Origin: a virus
Lineage: Duplodnaviria > Caudoviricetes
Length of the DNA: 64,000 nt
IMG/VR virus record: IMGVR_UViG_3300023179_000065
Coordinates: 20,467-84,466 of that record
Reading direction: 5' to 3' (one strand)
Made by a program: the position numbers and the translations under genes. The notes beneath the pieces were generated by a model. The model did not search any database. It saw only the letters and a list, made by a program, of their open reading frames with translations, and was not told the DNA's origin. Below are positions 44,412 through 54,202 of this stretch, piece after piece (position 1 is the stretch's first letter; each line of letters opens with the position of its first letter).

Positions 44412-47400
44412 ATGGCAAAACGTGTTATTTTAGATACTCAGTATACATTTACCCCTTCTACAAAAACAATTGTAATTCCTAGAGTCGTTCAAAGAGAAAG
44501 ACTACTACTAATTACCAACGTTACTACTAACGCTGTAATTTACAACTTTAGCGATCCAGCACTTACCGCTACAAGTTTTACGATTGCGCAAGGGACAGTT
44601 ACTACAAATCCAACTACTACAATTGTATTAAATTACAATACCGGTAACATGAATGCTACCGATAAGTTGCAGATTGTAGTTGACGAAATTAGTGAATCAT
44701 TTATACCTGATGAGTCGATGATTGATCCAGTAGGTAAGATGAGAATTTCTTCTCCTCAAGCTTTGATTGATACTGACTTTGAATACGGGTTGCAACCTAC
44801 AAAATGGGAAACTCTTACACTGCTTAACATGCAGCCAAGCTTTTTTGTTAACACACAAAACCCTATCACGATTACGGATATTCAAGCAACCGGTGGTTCA
44901 GCTACAGTTACTGTATCGACCGCTACTCCACCTGCAGTAGGTACACCAGTTCTTATTCAAGATAGCTTGTTTACTGGCGGTAATGGACCTTTCATAGTAG
45001 ATTCTGTATCTGCTGGTACCAGCTTTACATATACTGCAAGAACACCATTTACGGGGTCATCTGGTTCAGTTTATAACTCAGCTCTATCTTCGGTATTCTC
45101 TGGTAGCTTTTATTCAAATGCAAGTATGCCACAAGCAACTGCCATGACTAATGTAAGTGTTATAGTTACAGTGACCACAACCAACCCTCATGGGTTGCAA
45201 GTAGGTGATGGTATCTATGTTACAGGCTCAACTGCATCGTCTAACCCGCCTAACGGCTCGTGGCAAGTGTGCTCGGTTCAAAGCAGCACTGTATTTAACT
45301 TTATGGTAAATTCTGCTCCATCCGGCGCAATTTCCGGCGGTACAATTTACCCAAGACCAGACGGTGTATATCTTCACAGAGCGTTCGACGGCGGTGTCCA
45401 GTTTACAACAGGTAACCAAGCACACAATATTCAAACCATTCGTCAAACAAGAAGATACTTTAGATACCAGTCAGGCAAAGGTATTCAAGTTAGTACAGGC
45501 ACAAGCTTAAAGCCAAACATTAACGTAGATAAGATTACGTCGTCAGGAACAGTTGCCACTGTAACTACAAAGGTACCTCACTATATTAGTTTTGGTACAA
45601 CGATTATTATTTCAGGCTGCAATGAAACAGCATATAATGGTACCTTTACTGTAACATCAGTTATAAATGACAACCAATTTACATATAGCACAGCCACAAC
45701 CCCAACTGCTGCAACTGCAACCGGTATACCTACATTATCGGTTTCAAACTGGTATGGCGCAACAACCAGAACTGGGTTATTTGATTTCCAGAATGGTGTA
45801 TTTTTTGAATTTGATGGTCAAACATTATACTGTGTAAGAAGAAGCTCAACTACACAGTTGTCCGGTTTCTTTAACGTTACTAATGGTTCGTCAACAGTAT
45901 CAGGTGCAACCGTTAACGGAGTATCACCTTCACTATCGTCACAACTAGTGCCTGGGGACTTTATAGTTATTAGAGGGATGTCATACAGAGTTCTAAATAT
46001 TGCAAGTGATACCTCTATGACAGTTTCGCCTCCTTATAGAGGAGCAACTCTATCAGGCTCGAACGTCTGTATTATTTCTAAGACTATCGATACAAGAGTT
46101 CCGCAAAACTTATGGAACATTGATAAGATGGACGGTACTGGCCCATCTGGTATGAACCTTGATCTTACTAAGATGCAAATGTTTTATCTTGACTATAGCT
46201 GGTACGGCGCTGGTACAGTAAGATATGGATTCAGAGATACACAAGGTAGAGTAGTTTACGTCCATAGGTTTGTTAACAATAACCAGAATACTGAAGCGTA
46301 CATGCGTTCTGGTAACTTGCCTGCCAGATACGAAACCAATACTATTGCACCATTTACGAATCTTGCAGCAACGTTGGCATCAAGCGCAACAACAATGTCG
46401 GTTGGTAACACTGCTGCATTCCCAACATCTGGTACGGTTTATATTGATAACCCAAGCAATCCAGAGTATGTATTTTATTCAGGCAAGACAGCTACTACCC
46501 TTACTGGTCTTACAAGAGGTAAAGCAGCCACTACCGTAACAATGACAAGAACAAGTGGTAGCTCAACCTTAACAACAACTAACTCAGTAGCTGGTCTGCA
46601 GGTGGGCATGTTGATTTACGGTACAGGTATTCCAAATAATACCTATGTTGCGTCTATTACCACCGGAGCATTTAATACAGTGGTCATGTCCAGAGCTGCA
46701 ACAAGCTCAGGCTCCTCTACTTACAGCTTTGCTAATATGGGTAATGCAACGGGCGATGTAACCCATACATTCTCAGCAACTGCTCCTATATCAGTGTATC
46801 TACATTCTCCACAATTCTCACCGACGATTAGCCACTGGGGCACATCGGTAATTATGGACGGTCAATACGATAACGATAAGTCGCTGCAATTTACCTATGG
46901 GGAAACAACCACTACAACCGCAATTGCTGGTAACGTTGCTTCAGTAACTATTAGTTCAGGCTCAAATACATTTAGCGTTGTTAATACGACACCAATATTC
47001 CCAGGTATGCTTGTTGCTGGTAACAACATTCCTGCTGGTGCTATCGTTACAGCAGTATCTGGCGGTAACCCTAACAACACTATTACAATGAATAGACAAG
47101 GGTCTGGTTCAGGTTCTGCAACAGTGACGTACAATAGTGCTGTTGCTCTTGCAACTCTAAGAGTTACACCTTCAGTTGATTCTGGTGTTACGGGGGTACT
47201 TGGCTCAAAAGAAATTGTTAACCGTATGCAGCTCACGTTGCAAAACTTGGACGTGCTAGTTAACGGTGTATTCCTTATTCAATTAATTCTGAACGGAACT
47301 CCTATTGCACCAACAACTAGCACAACAACAGGCTATACCGGTGCCACATCAGCGCTTAGCACCTTCGGTCCTATTGCTACTGGTACATCAAGCCTTGCGC

Positions 47401-47687
47401 AAATCGCTGACCATACAGGCCCTGTATATGTCTCAGGCGGGGAAGCGATGTTTAGCTTCTACGCTGTGAACAACGCCGGTTCTACTAACTACTCCGTAGC
47501 AGCTGCTGCTCTTAACATGCTACGAGATCTAGGTAATAGTATTCTTGGTGGTGGTACAACTAACACACCAGGTGCTGCAGGTGTTTACCCAGACGGTCCA
47601 GATACACTCACGGTTGTTGGTATTAACATCGGTAGCTCGAATGCTCAAATTCAAACACGTCTATCCTGGACAGAAGCACAAGCTTAA
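44412..47687 (+). CDS. Large virion structural / fibre-associated protein
   Basis: YTFTPSTKTI...LLLITNVT...IYNFSDP, DPVGKMRISSPQALIDTDFEYGLQPTKWE, QTRRYFRYQSGKG and MRSGNLPARYE, which I recognise from T4-like marine/freshwater phage virion proteins; ends LSWTEAQA. Confidence 0.8.
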   Translation: MAKRVILDTQYTFTPSTKTIVIPRVVQRERLLLITNVTTNAVIYNFSDPALTATSFTIAQGTVTTNPTTTIVLNYNTGNMNATDKLQIVVDEISESFIPDESMIDPVGKMRISSPQALIDTDFEYGLQPTKWETLTLLNMQPSFFVNTQNPITITDIQATGGSATVTVSTATPPAVGTPVLIQDSLFTGGNGPFIVDSVSAGTSFTYTARTPFTGSSGSVYNSALSSVFSGSFYSNASMPQATAMTNVSVIVTVTTTNPHGLQVGDGIYVTGSTASSNPPNGSWQVCSVQSSTVFNFMVNSAPSGAISGGTIYPRPDGVYLHRAFDGGVQFTTGNQAHNIQTIRQTRRYFRYQSGKGIQVSTGTSLKPNINVDKITSSGTVATVTTKVPHYISFGTTIIISGCNETAYNGTFTVTSVINDNQFTYSTATTPTAATATGIPTLSVSNWYGATTRTGLFDFQNGVFFEFDGQTLYCVRRSSTTQLSGFFNVTNGSSTVSGATVNGVSPSLSSQLVPGDFIVIRGMSYRVLNIASDTSMTVSPPYRGATLSGSNVCIISKTIDTRVPQNLWNIDKMDGTGPSGMNLDLTKMQMFYLDYSWYGAGTVRYGFRDTQGRVVYVHRFVNNNQNTEAYMRSGNLPARYETNTIAPFTNLAATLASSATTMSVGNTAAFPTSGTVYIDNPSNPEYVFYSGKTATTLTGLTRGKAATTVTMTRTSGSSTLTTTNSVAGLQVGMLIYGTGIPNNTYVASITTGAFNTVVMSRAATSSGSSTYSFANMGNATGDVTHTFSATAPISVYLHSPQFSPTISHWGTSVIMDGQYDNDKSLQFTYGETTTTTAIAGNVASVTISSGSNTFSVVNTTPIFPGMLVAGNNIPAGAIVTAVSGGNPNNTITMNRQGSGSGSATVTYNSAVALATLRVTPSVDSGVTGVLGSKEIVNRMQLTLQNLDVLVNGVFLIQLILNGTPIAPTTSTTTGYTGATSALSTFGPIATGTSSLAQIADHTGPVYVSGGEAMFSFYAVNNAGSTNYSVAAAALNMLRDLGNSILGGGTTNTPGAAGVYPDGPDTLTVVGINIGSSNAQIQTRLSWTEAQA

Positions 47688-47696
47688 GAGGATAAT

Positions 47697-48149
47697 ATGG
47701 CATCTATTAAACTAAACGGTACCACTTCTAATTCGGTAACTATATCAGCGCCGGACAATCCTAATACTACAGTATATGTGTTGCCGGTGGCTGATGGATC
47801 AAATGGACAGGTACTGACTACCAACGGTGCCGGTTACATGTCATGGACGACAGTAGGTGTTGCAGGCGCTAATACTCAGATACAGTTTAATGATAGTGGT
47901 TCTAGTAACGGTTCAGCCAACCTAGCATTTTACAAGTCTAATTCAACTATTGCTGTTAATAATGCAGTTATTAATGCGTCTCTAACAGTTAATACTATTG
48001 CAGTAGGCGCTAACATAAATATTAACACGGCTACCGTATCAGTAGGAAACGCCACCAACAACGTTCAGATTAACTCAACCGGAGTGTTCTTAAGTAACGT
48101 TGCATATCCTACAACTACCACTATACTGACTTATAACTTAGCTTTCTAG
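47697..48149 (+). CDS. Short fibre protein
   Basis: LPVADGSNGQVLTTNGAG.MSW and GANTQIQFNDSG; ends ILTYNLAF. Confidence 0.75.
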   Translation: MASIKLNGTTSNSVTISAPDNPNTTVYVLPVADGSNGQVLTTNGAGYMSWTTVGVAGANTQIQFNDSGSSNGSANLAFYKSNSTIAVNNAVINASLTVNTIAVGANININTATVSVGNATNNVQINSTGVFLSNVAYPTTTTILTYNLAF

Positions 48150-48157
48150 GAAAAAAT

Positions 48158-48604
48158 ATGAAACAGCTATCTCTTTATAAACCAGCGTTTAGTACTGCTA
48201 ATAACACATTAGATTTTTCATCAATGCCGAACTTTAGGTTCAGCAAGTTGTATGCTGTTATTAACACTACACAGAACGTGCCCTTGTACATTGCAGGCGC
48301 ACCAAACCTAGGAGCTACTAATCCTGGTGGTGGGCCTCTAGTTACATTAAGTGTTAACACTTCAACATATAATCCATCTGATATTCTTAACATTTACTAT
48401 GATGATTTAGATGGATTTGATACTTTTTCTCAGTATAATGTACGATACTCTAACTTAAAAACCATAGAGTTATTGGAACAGCTACTAATAGAAATTAAAG
48501 TGACTAACTTAATCCTTTCTGAAGGATTCGATGGCTCACCAAATATTACCGAAGTATCACAACTTCGTAAAGATATAAATAGTAACGTAACCGATGAAGG
48601 TTAA
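48158..48604 (+). CDS. Hypothetical structural protein resembling the N-terminal domain of 44412
   Basis: F......TLDF......KLYAVINTTQNVPLY...DILNIYYD parallels YTFTPSTKTI...LLLITNVTTNAVIY...DKLQIVVD. Confidence 0.6.
   Translation: MKQLSLYKPAFSTANNTLDFSSMPNFRFSKLYAVINTTQNVPLYIAGAPNLGATNPGGGPLVTLSVNTSTYNPSDILNIYYDDLDGFDTFSQYNVRYSNLKTIELLEQLLIEIKVTNLILSEGFDGSPNITEVSQLRKDINSNVTDEG
48574..48581 (+). promoter_or_regulatory. T4-type late promoter TATAAATA
   Basis: Exact consensus 48 nt upstream of ATG 48630, which has a strong AAGGAG SD. Confidence 0.65.
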
Positions 48605-48629
48605 TTTTAACTAAGTAAAGGAGACTCAC

Positions 48630-49259
48630 ATGCTTATTCAAGGACAAGTAGGCCCAATTTCTGCACAATCACTTGGTGCCGGTTCAAACCCAAACGTACG
48701 TCTTGGTCAACAAGGCGATCTTATCGCAACTGAGCTACACGGTCGTTATTATGAGACCAACTATCGTAGAGCTCTTTTCAACGCTTCTTCGACAGCTGCT
48801 GCTACAACCTCAGCCGGTACAACCACATCGTTTACCGGTCTAATGGTTTACAACCCACTTAACAGCCCAGTTAACCTAGTTATCAACAAGGTTGGCTATG
48901 CATTCATCGTTGCCTTCGGTTCTGCCGCTGCTTATGGTGTTATGACTGGCTTCAGCACAACTCCAATCTCGACATTCTCAACATCGAACACCTCGACCAA
49001 GTCGCAGTATGTTGGTGCTGCTCAAGGTTACGGTGTTGCTTATGCATCAGCTACTCTAACAGCTACCCCAATCGTTAACACCGTCTTCGGTTCAGGCCTA
49101 ACTGGTGCTATCACAACAGTCCCATCAGTGCCTCTTCTATATGATCTAGAAGGCAGTGTTATTGTTCCTCCTGGTGGTTATGTTTGCTCGTACACCTCGT
49201 CGGCTTCTGGCGCTAGCGCATTCTTTGGCTCGTTCCAATGGGAAGAAGTACCAGTCTAA
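48630..49259 (+). CDS. Probable abundant virion protein (unknown family)
   Basis: Own promoter, strong SD and a downstream terminator; codons shifted to AAC/TTC/ATC/CGT/GGT/GCT; beta-rich; ends WEEVPV. Confidence 0.7.
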   Translation: MLIQGQVGPISAQSLGAGSNPNVRLGQQGDLIATELHGRYYETNYRRALFNASSTAAATTSAGTTTSFTGLMVYNPLNSPVNLVINKVGYAFIVAFGSAAAYGVMTGFSTTPISTFSTSNTSTKSQYVGAAQGYGVAYASATLTATPIVNTVFGSGLTGAITTVPSVPLLYDLEGSVIVPPGGYVCSYTSSASGASAFFGSFQWEEVPV

Positions 49260-49278
49260 TTTTAAACGGTATTTCAAG

Positions 49279-49311
49279 AAAGAAAGCACCCTTGTGGTGC
49301 TTTCTTTTTTT
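49279..49311 (+). terminator. Intrinsic terminator (potentially bidirectional)
   Basis: 12-bp perfect stem AAAGAAAGCACC / GGTGCTTTCTTT with loop CTTGT, running into a T tract. Confidence 0.9.
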
Positions 49312-49312
49312 G

Positions 49313-49320
49313 TATAAATA
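49313..49320 (+). promoter_or_regulatory. T4-type late promoter TATAAATA
   Basis: Exact consensus immediately after the terminator and 27 nt before ATG 49348. Confidence 0.8.
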
Positions 49321-49347
49321 GATAGTGTTCCACTATTCTATATCGCC

Positions 49348-49983
49348 ATGGGTAAGACTAGAGACTTCTCAAGACTGCTATCTGAAAATCTAAACAATAA
49401 CATCAAAATTGCTAATGCGCAGATGTATATTGGAGATGGTGGCGGCAATGCATACTTAAACTCAACAAGTATTGCAGTATCATCAGTTAACGCAACTACG
49501 CTTACTGTTACATCCATCTATTCCAACGGATCATTAGGTACATCAGGCCAGGTATTAACATCTAATGGTTCTGGTGCATACTGGTCAAGCTACACATCTC
49601 AGGCGTTAGGATTATTCAGCACAGTACAATTTAATGATGCAGGATACGCCAACGGTGCACAATACGTATCGTACGATAAACCAACCGGCGCATTCATAGT
49701 CGGTAGTAGCACCGCTAATACAAGAGTAGCTTTTAGCAATGTCAGTCTGAATGGTGACAGTGCAACGATATTTACTGGCAATGCAACTATTACTGGAACC
49801 TATAGTTCCAATGGTGTAGTGCTTTCTAATACAGCCTCCTCTGGCAACGTAAGCATTAATATGAGTGGTGTTCAGATAGGCAACTCAACAGTCAATTCTC
49901 AGCTGACATCTGCAGGGTTATCTGTTAATGGTGGTGTACCACTCAACATAACAACAGTATTAACATACAGTTTAGCCTTCTGA
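49348..49983 (+). CDS. Short fibre protein
   Basis: MGKTRDFSRL start, NGSLGTSGQVLTSNGSGAYW and VQFNDAG; ends VLTYSLAF. Confidence 0.75.
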   Translation: MGKTRDFSRLLSENLNNNIKIANAQMYIGDGGGNAYLNSTSIAVSSVNATTLTVTSIYSNGSLGTSGQVLTSNGSGAYWSSYTSQALGLFSTVQFNDAGYANGAQYVSYDKPTGAFIVGSSTANTRVAFSNVSLNGDSATIFTGNATITGTYSSNGVVLSNTASSGNVSINMSGVQIGNSTVNSQLTSAGLSVNGGVPLNITTVLTYSLAF

Positions 49984-49987
49984 TTAT

Positions 49988-51544
49988 ATGAGCAATTCTA
50001 GAGACCTATCAAGACTAGTATCAGAAAATATAGCTAATAATATTACTATATCTAATACTACGCTTACGTCTAGTAACGGTACTACTACCGCTACCGTAAA
50101 TAATTCGTCTCTTATTCTAAATGGTAATATTGCGTTCTTAAGTGTTGGCAATAGCTCGGTCAATACATCCATTAATTCTACCAGTGTAACAGCTAACAAA
50201 TTAGTATTAGGTGGTGTTATCGGAACAAACGGGCAAATATTGTACACCAATAGTACTGGTGGTAGTTATTGGAGCAACCTACAAGCTCCTAGTACAACTA
50301 GCAACACCTCCATCTTATATAACAATTCAGGATTTATAGGTGAAGCAAATTCACTTAATTACTTTTTTTCTAATAGTACTCTAGTAGTATCAAATACTGT
50401 AGTGCTTTCCAATGCTGGTTTAAGAATTGCAAATAGTACAAATAGCAATATTACATCAGTCAACACATCATCAATAACGTTCGGCAATTCAACCATACTA
50501 CCGGATAGGGTCGTTGTAGGATCTGTCACTACAAATGCCGGGGTATTTTTTGATGGTGTCGCAGTTTCTAATAGCACAGTTGCAAATACTGTAGTAGCTA
50601 ATAACTCCGGTTTCTATGTAAGTAACACATCAGTAAGTATTTGTACTACAAATAGCAGTGGAATATTTTTACAAAACAGTGCCAGCGTTAGCGTAGGAAA
50701 TTCAGTAACTGGAAATATAATATTTAATTTTAATTCTATTTTATTTTCTAACTCTTCAGTTACTAACACTCTAAGATTAACACCTACAAATATCTTCCTT
50801 GGTAACTCAGTCCAAGGTAATGTGATGTTAAATGCAAATGGCATTTACATTTCAAACTCATCTTTCACCAATGGGATGCAGATTGCTGCCAGCAGCATCT
50901 CTATTGGCAATACTGTTGCAAATACATTGTACTTGTCCAACGGTGTGTTCATATCCAATTCTACCTTATCAAATGCGTTAATACTATCTGACTCTTTGTT
51001 AAAATTAGGTGGCAGTAGTAGTAACGTTAATATCACATCTACTACTGTAAACATTAGCTCTACATCTGCACTTCTTACTGTTGGTGCAGGCCCATGCACT
51101 TCTATTAACTCAACAGCTCTAGTAACTTCGTCTCTATCTGCTAACTTAGTTGCTTTAGGAGCAACATTCGAGACAGGCAATATAGCTGCAATAGCTGCTG
51201 GTACAACAATTAATTTTGATGTATTGACTCAGTCACTATTAGTTTACACTACACAAGCTACATCTAACTGGACGCTTAATATAAGAGCAAATTCTACTGT
51301 CACCTTGAATAGCGTAATGAATGTAGGTCAAGCTGCAACTATAACGTTTATAGCTAATGTGGGAAGTAGTACTTATGTTCAATCTGGGTTTACAGTAGAC
51401 GGCAATGCCGTTAATCCAAGATGGGTAGGTAATCAAGCACCAGTTTTTGGTCTAGCTTCACAAACTAACATATACAGTATTACACTATTAAAAACGGGTT
51501 CAAACGCTTTTGAAGCATTTGAATCACTAACCAACTATAGGTAA
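49988..51544 (+). CDS. Fibre protein with N/S/T-rich beta repeats and a C-terminal adaptor domain
   Basis: MSNSRDLSRL start; C-terminal INFDVLTQSLLVYT....NWTLNIR...PRW....P...YSITLLKTG. Confidence 0.75.
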   Translation: MSNSRDLSRLVSENIANNITISNTTLTSSNGTTTATVNNSSLILNGNIAFLSVGNSSVNTSINSTSVTANKLVLGGVIGTNGQILYTNSTGGSYWSNLQAPSTTSNTSILYNNSGFIGEANSLNYFFSNSTLVVSNTVVLSNAGLRIANSTNSNITSVNTSSITFGNSTILPDRVVVGSVTTNAGVFFDGVAVSNSTVANTVVANNSGFYVSNTSVSICTTNSSGIFLQNSASVSVGNSVTGNIIFNFNSILFSNSSVTNTLRLTPTNIFLGNSVQGNVMLNANGIYISNSSFTNGMQIAASSISIGNTVANTLYLSNGVFISNSTLSNALILSDSLLKLGGSSSNVNITSTTVNISSTSALLTVGAGPCTSINSTALVTSSLSANLVALGATFETGNIAAIAAGTTINFDVLTQSLLVYTTQATSNWTLNIRANSTVTLNSVMNVGQAATITFIANVGSSTYVQSGFTVDGNAVNPRWVGNQAPVFGLASQTNIYSITLLKTGSNAFEAFESLTNYR

Positions 51545-51547
51545 TAT

Positions 51548-52729
51548 ATGCCGTTTCGAAATGGTCTTTCTACTGGGCTAAACACGTTTCTTAGAAAAAT
51601 ACAAAACCCAGATCCTCCTACTATGAACGGATTTGGTACTGCACCAAACACATACAATCAGGCATATATTGCTTATTTTTATCCTTATAATGGTGGATCT
51701 ACTATTACCAGTATTACCAGTACCTCCCTATCATCAGGTACTGTAGGGGTAACTAATAATCCATTTTATAACCCCAGCACACAATATGGTAATGCAGGGG
51801 TATATTTATCAGTTAGTGGTTTAAGACCGGGTACCACTCATTCTTTTACCTGCTACAGCACTAATATATTCGGCGCTAACTCCAGTTCCAATACTGTATC
51901 TAATAGTATTCAAATGGGTCATCCTATAGGACAGCAACCCTACAACGTCGCAGGCACTTATTCATGGATCGCACCTACAGATGTCTGGACAGTGCATGCC
52001 GTAGTTATAGGAGGAGGTAGCGGGGGAGGAGAATTTTCTGGATATGGTGGAGGCGGAGGTGGAGGATTAGCATATGTTAATAATATATCAGTCACTCCTG
52101 GCACCAGCTACACAGTAGTAGTTGGAAATGGAGGATCATATAGATCGTCCGGCGGTGCTTCGTATTTTATTAATACAAGTACAGTTCGCGCCACAGGGGC
52201 AACTAGTACCGGTGGTGCAGGAGGAGGTACTGGAGGCTCAAATACAGCAGGCATAGGTGGCACCGGAGGTACGGGAGGCACTTATTCTGCATTAGGATTT
52301 CCTGGGGCTGGTGGTGCAGGAGGTTATGGAGGTAACGGCGGTTACGGGGGTAACCCACAAACAAGCGGTGGCGACGGGGCTCAAGGGGCAGCAGGAGGTT
52401 CCGGAGGAACAAATCCTAGTTATGGTACATGGGGTGGCGGTGGTACTGATTATTTTGGTGCTGTGATAGCCACTGGTACAGGGGGGGTATATCAATCTGC
52501 ACTAGGTTATAGTACTACACCAAGCGCCGGCAGCGCACAAGGAATATATACTACAGCTACTACCTATGGCGGCGCAAATAATTCTTATAATTATGCACCC
52601 GGGGGTGGTGGTGGTAATGGCGGCGCGACGCTAGTTAGCCAGGGCGGCGCAGGAGGAGTAAGAATTATATGGGGCAACAGTAGATTTTTCCCTTCAACTA
52701 ATACTAGGGATTTTACACCAGTACCATAA
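51548..52729 (+). CDS. FN3-like plus glycine-rich-domain fibre-tip protein
   Basis: VSGLRPGTTHSFTCYSTNIFG (FN3-like), then GTYSWIAP..V..VHAVVIGGG...GGGGGLAYVNNISVTPGTSYTVVVG.GG...GGVRIIWG. Confidence 0.8.
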   Translation: MPFRNGLSTGLNTFLRKIQNPDPPTMNGFGTAPNTYNQAYIAYFYPYNGGSTITSITSTSLSSGTVGVTNNPFYNPSTQYGNAGVYLSVSGLRPGTTHSFTCYSTNIFGANSSSNTVSNSIQMGHPIGQQPYNVAGTYSWIAPTDVWTVHAVVIGGGSGGGEFSGYGGGGGGGLAYVNNISVTPGTSYTVVVGNGGSYRSSGGASYFINTSTVRATGATSTGGAGGGTGGSNTAGIGGTGGTGGTYSALGFPGAGGAGGYGGNGGYGGNPQTSGGDGAQGAAGGSGGTNPSYGTWGGGGTDYFGAVIATGTGGVYQSALGYSTTPSAGSAQGIYTTATTYGGANNSYNYAPGGGGGNGGATLVSQGGAGGVRIIWGNSRFFPSTNTRDFTPVP

Positions 52730-52740
52730 AGGAATATAAT

Positions 52741-53307
52741 ATGACAATGCTTATAAGATTAGATGATAATGGTTTACCTATTGAACATCCTATTCTAGAA
52801 GAAAATTTTAGACTTTTTTATACCGGGCTTCCACCAATGTTAACAAGGGAAGTAGTTGAGTCTTTAGGTTTCGGCCTGTATGACTTTTCTGCTAAGCCCA
52901 GCTATGCATGGAATCAAAGTCTAAAAGAAGTATCCCCAGTTAGAGATGAAAATGGTATTTTTAGACAGACATGGGAAGTTACTGACCTTGAGGGTGAAGA
53001 TCTAATAAAAGCTAAAGCAATGATTAAAAATAATTGCAGAATAGAGATATTAGGTCTTACAGAAAGAAGACTTGATGAATTTGCAAGAACAAAAGATTAT
53101 TTGTCCTGCATTCATGCTATATCATATGTAAGTTCTTCAAACACTGTTTACAGTGCAGAAGCAAGATACATGTCGGACATCAGAGATATTACATGGTCCA
53201 AGGTATATGATTTGCTAAATGAAATAGACACTGGTAAGAGATCGTTTCTTACTTCTTTCTACGATATCAAAGACGAGCTACCAGAACTAAATTGGCCAAA
53301 CACATAA
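52741..53307 (+). CDS. Putative tail fibre assembly chaperone
   Basis: QTWEV, RLDEFARTKDY......SY..S.......EA.....RD..W and C-terminal ELPELNWP. Confidence 0.65.
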   Translation: MTMLIRLDDNGLPIEHPILEENFRLFYTGLPPMLTREVVESLGFGLYDFSAKPSYAWNQSLKEVSPVRDENGIFRQTWEVTDLEGEDLIKAKAMIKNNCRIEILGLTERRLDEFARTKDYLSCIHAISYVSSSNTVYSAEARYMSDIRDITWSKVYDLLNEIDTGKRSFLTSFYDIKDELPELNWPNT

Positions 53308-53310
53308 ATA
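53303..53310 (+). promoter_or_regulatory. Late-promoter-like CATAAATA
   Basis: One mismatch to consensus, overlapping a stop codon, 22 nt before ATG 53333 (same spacing as at 35911). Confidence 0.5.
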
Positions 53311-53332
53311 TTGTATTTAAATAGGTTAAAAA

Positions 53333-54202
53333 ATGGGTATAATTAGAAACTTAGCAAGCCGTGCAACAGATAGCTTAGTACTAGAAACTACTGTTGCAAC
53401 AGAAGGCCAGACCTATTTCCCATACTCATCTACAAAGAGTAACTTCAATAATTTTTTAATCTATATTAATGGTGTATTGCAATCCAATACTGGAGACTAC
53501 ACTGCAAACTCTCTAGGGGTTACTCTTACTCAAGCCGCTAATAGTAGCGATATTATTACTATAGGCATTATAAACAATGTTTTCTCCAAAGGAGAAAAGG
53601 GAGAGAAGGTTTCTAGTGCATTATACACAGATGCTAACAACACAATAGTTTTCACCAATTCAGACTCAACTGTTTTTCCGGTCACTGGTGTTAAAGGTCA
53701 AAAAGGTGATCAAGGTAGCAAAGGTGCAGATGGCAATGTCTATGCTGCTGGTGCAAAGGGTGATAAGGGAGATAAAGGTGATGTAGGACCGACCGGTTCA
53801 ACCGGTAGTACTGGTGCAAAGGGCGATAAAGGTAGTCAGCTTTACGCCGCAACTTATATTGATGCTAATAATACTTTAGTATTTACTAACTCAGATTTTT
53901 CTACATTTGCAGCAACCGGAGTAAAAGGACAAAAAGGTGAGGTGGGTAATAATGGAACTAATGGAACTAAAGGGGATCCAGGGGTCACGCCATACACAAC
54001 TAACATAGGGGATGGTACTAACACTTCTTTTACTATTAATCATAACCTAGCTAAGGCAGATGTGTCAGTAGTAGTTTTTGATAATGCTACTAATAACCAA
54101 GTGTACCCTGATGTATCAGTTACAAACAATAATACGTGTGTAGTTAGTTTTGTTACTGCACCTACCTCAAGCCAATATAGAGTCAGAGTTCTAGGGTTCT
54201 AA
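53333..54202 (+). CDS. Fibre protein with short Gly-X-Lys collagen segments
   Basis: ATEGQTYF..IYINGVLQ...DYT module, KGQKGDQGSKG / [10 protein letters not shown], and C-terminal IGDGTNTSFTINHNL...V.V.D...YRVRVLG. Confidence 0.8.
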   Translation: MGIIRNLASRATDSLVLETTVATEGQTYFPYSSTKSNFNNFLIYINGVLQSNTGDYTANSLGVTLTQAANSSDIITIGIINNVFSKGEKGEKVSSALYTDANNTIVFTNSDSTVFPVTGVKGQKGDQGSKGADGNVYAAGAKGDKGDKGDVGPTGSTGSTGAKGDKGSQLYAATYIDANNTLVFTNSDFSTFAATGVKGQKGEVGNNGTNGTKGDPGVTPYTTNIGDGTNTSFTINHNLAKADVSVVVFDNATNNQVYPDVSVTNNNTCVVSFVTAPTSSQYRVRVLGF

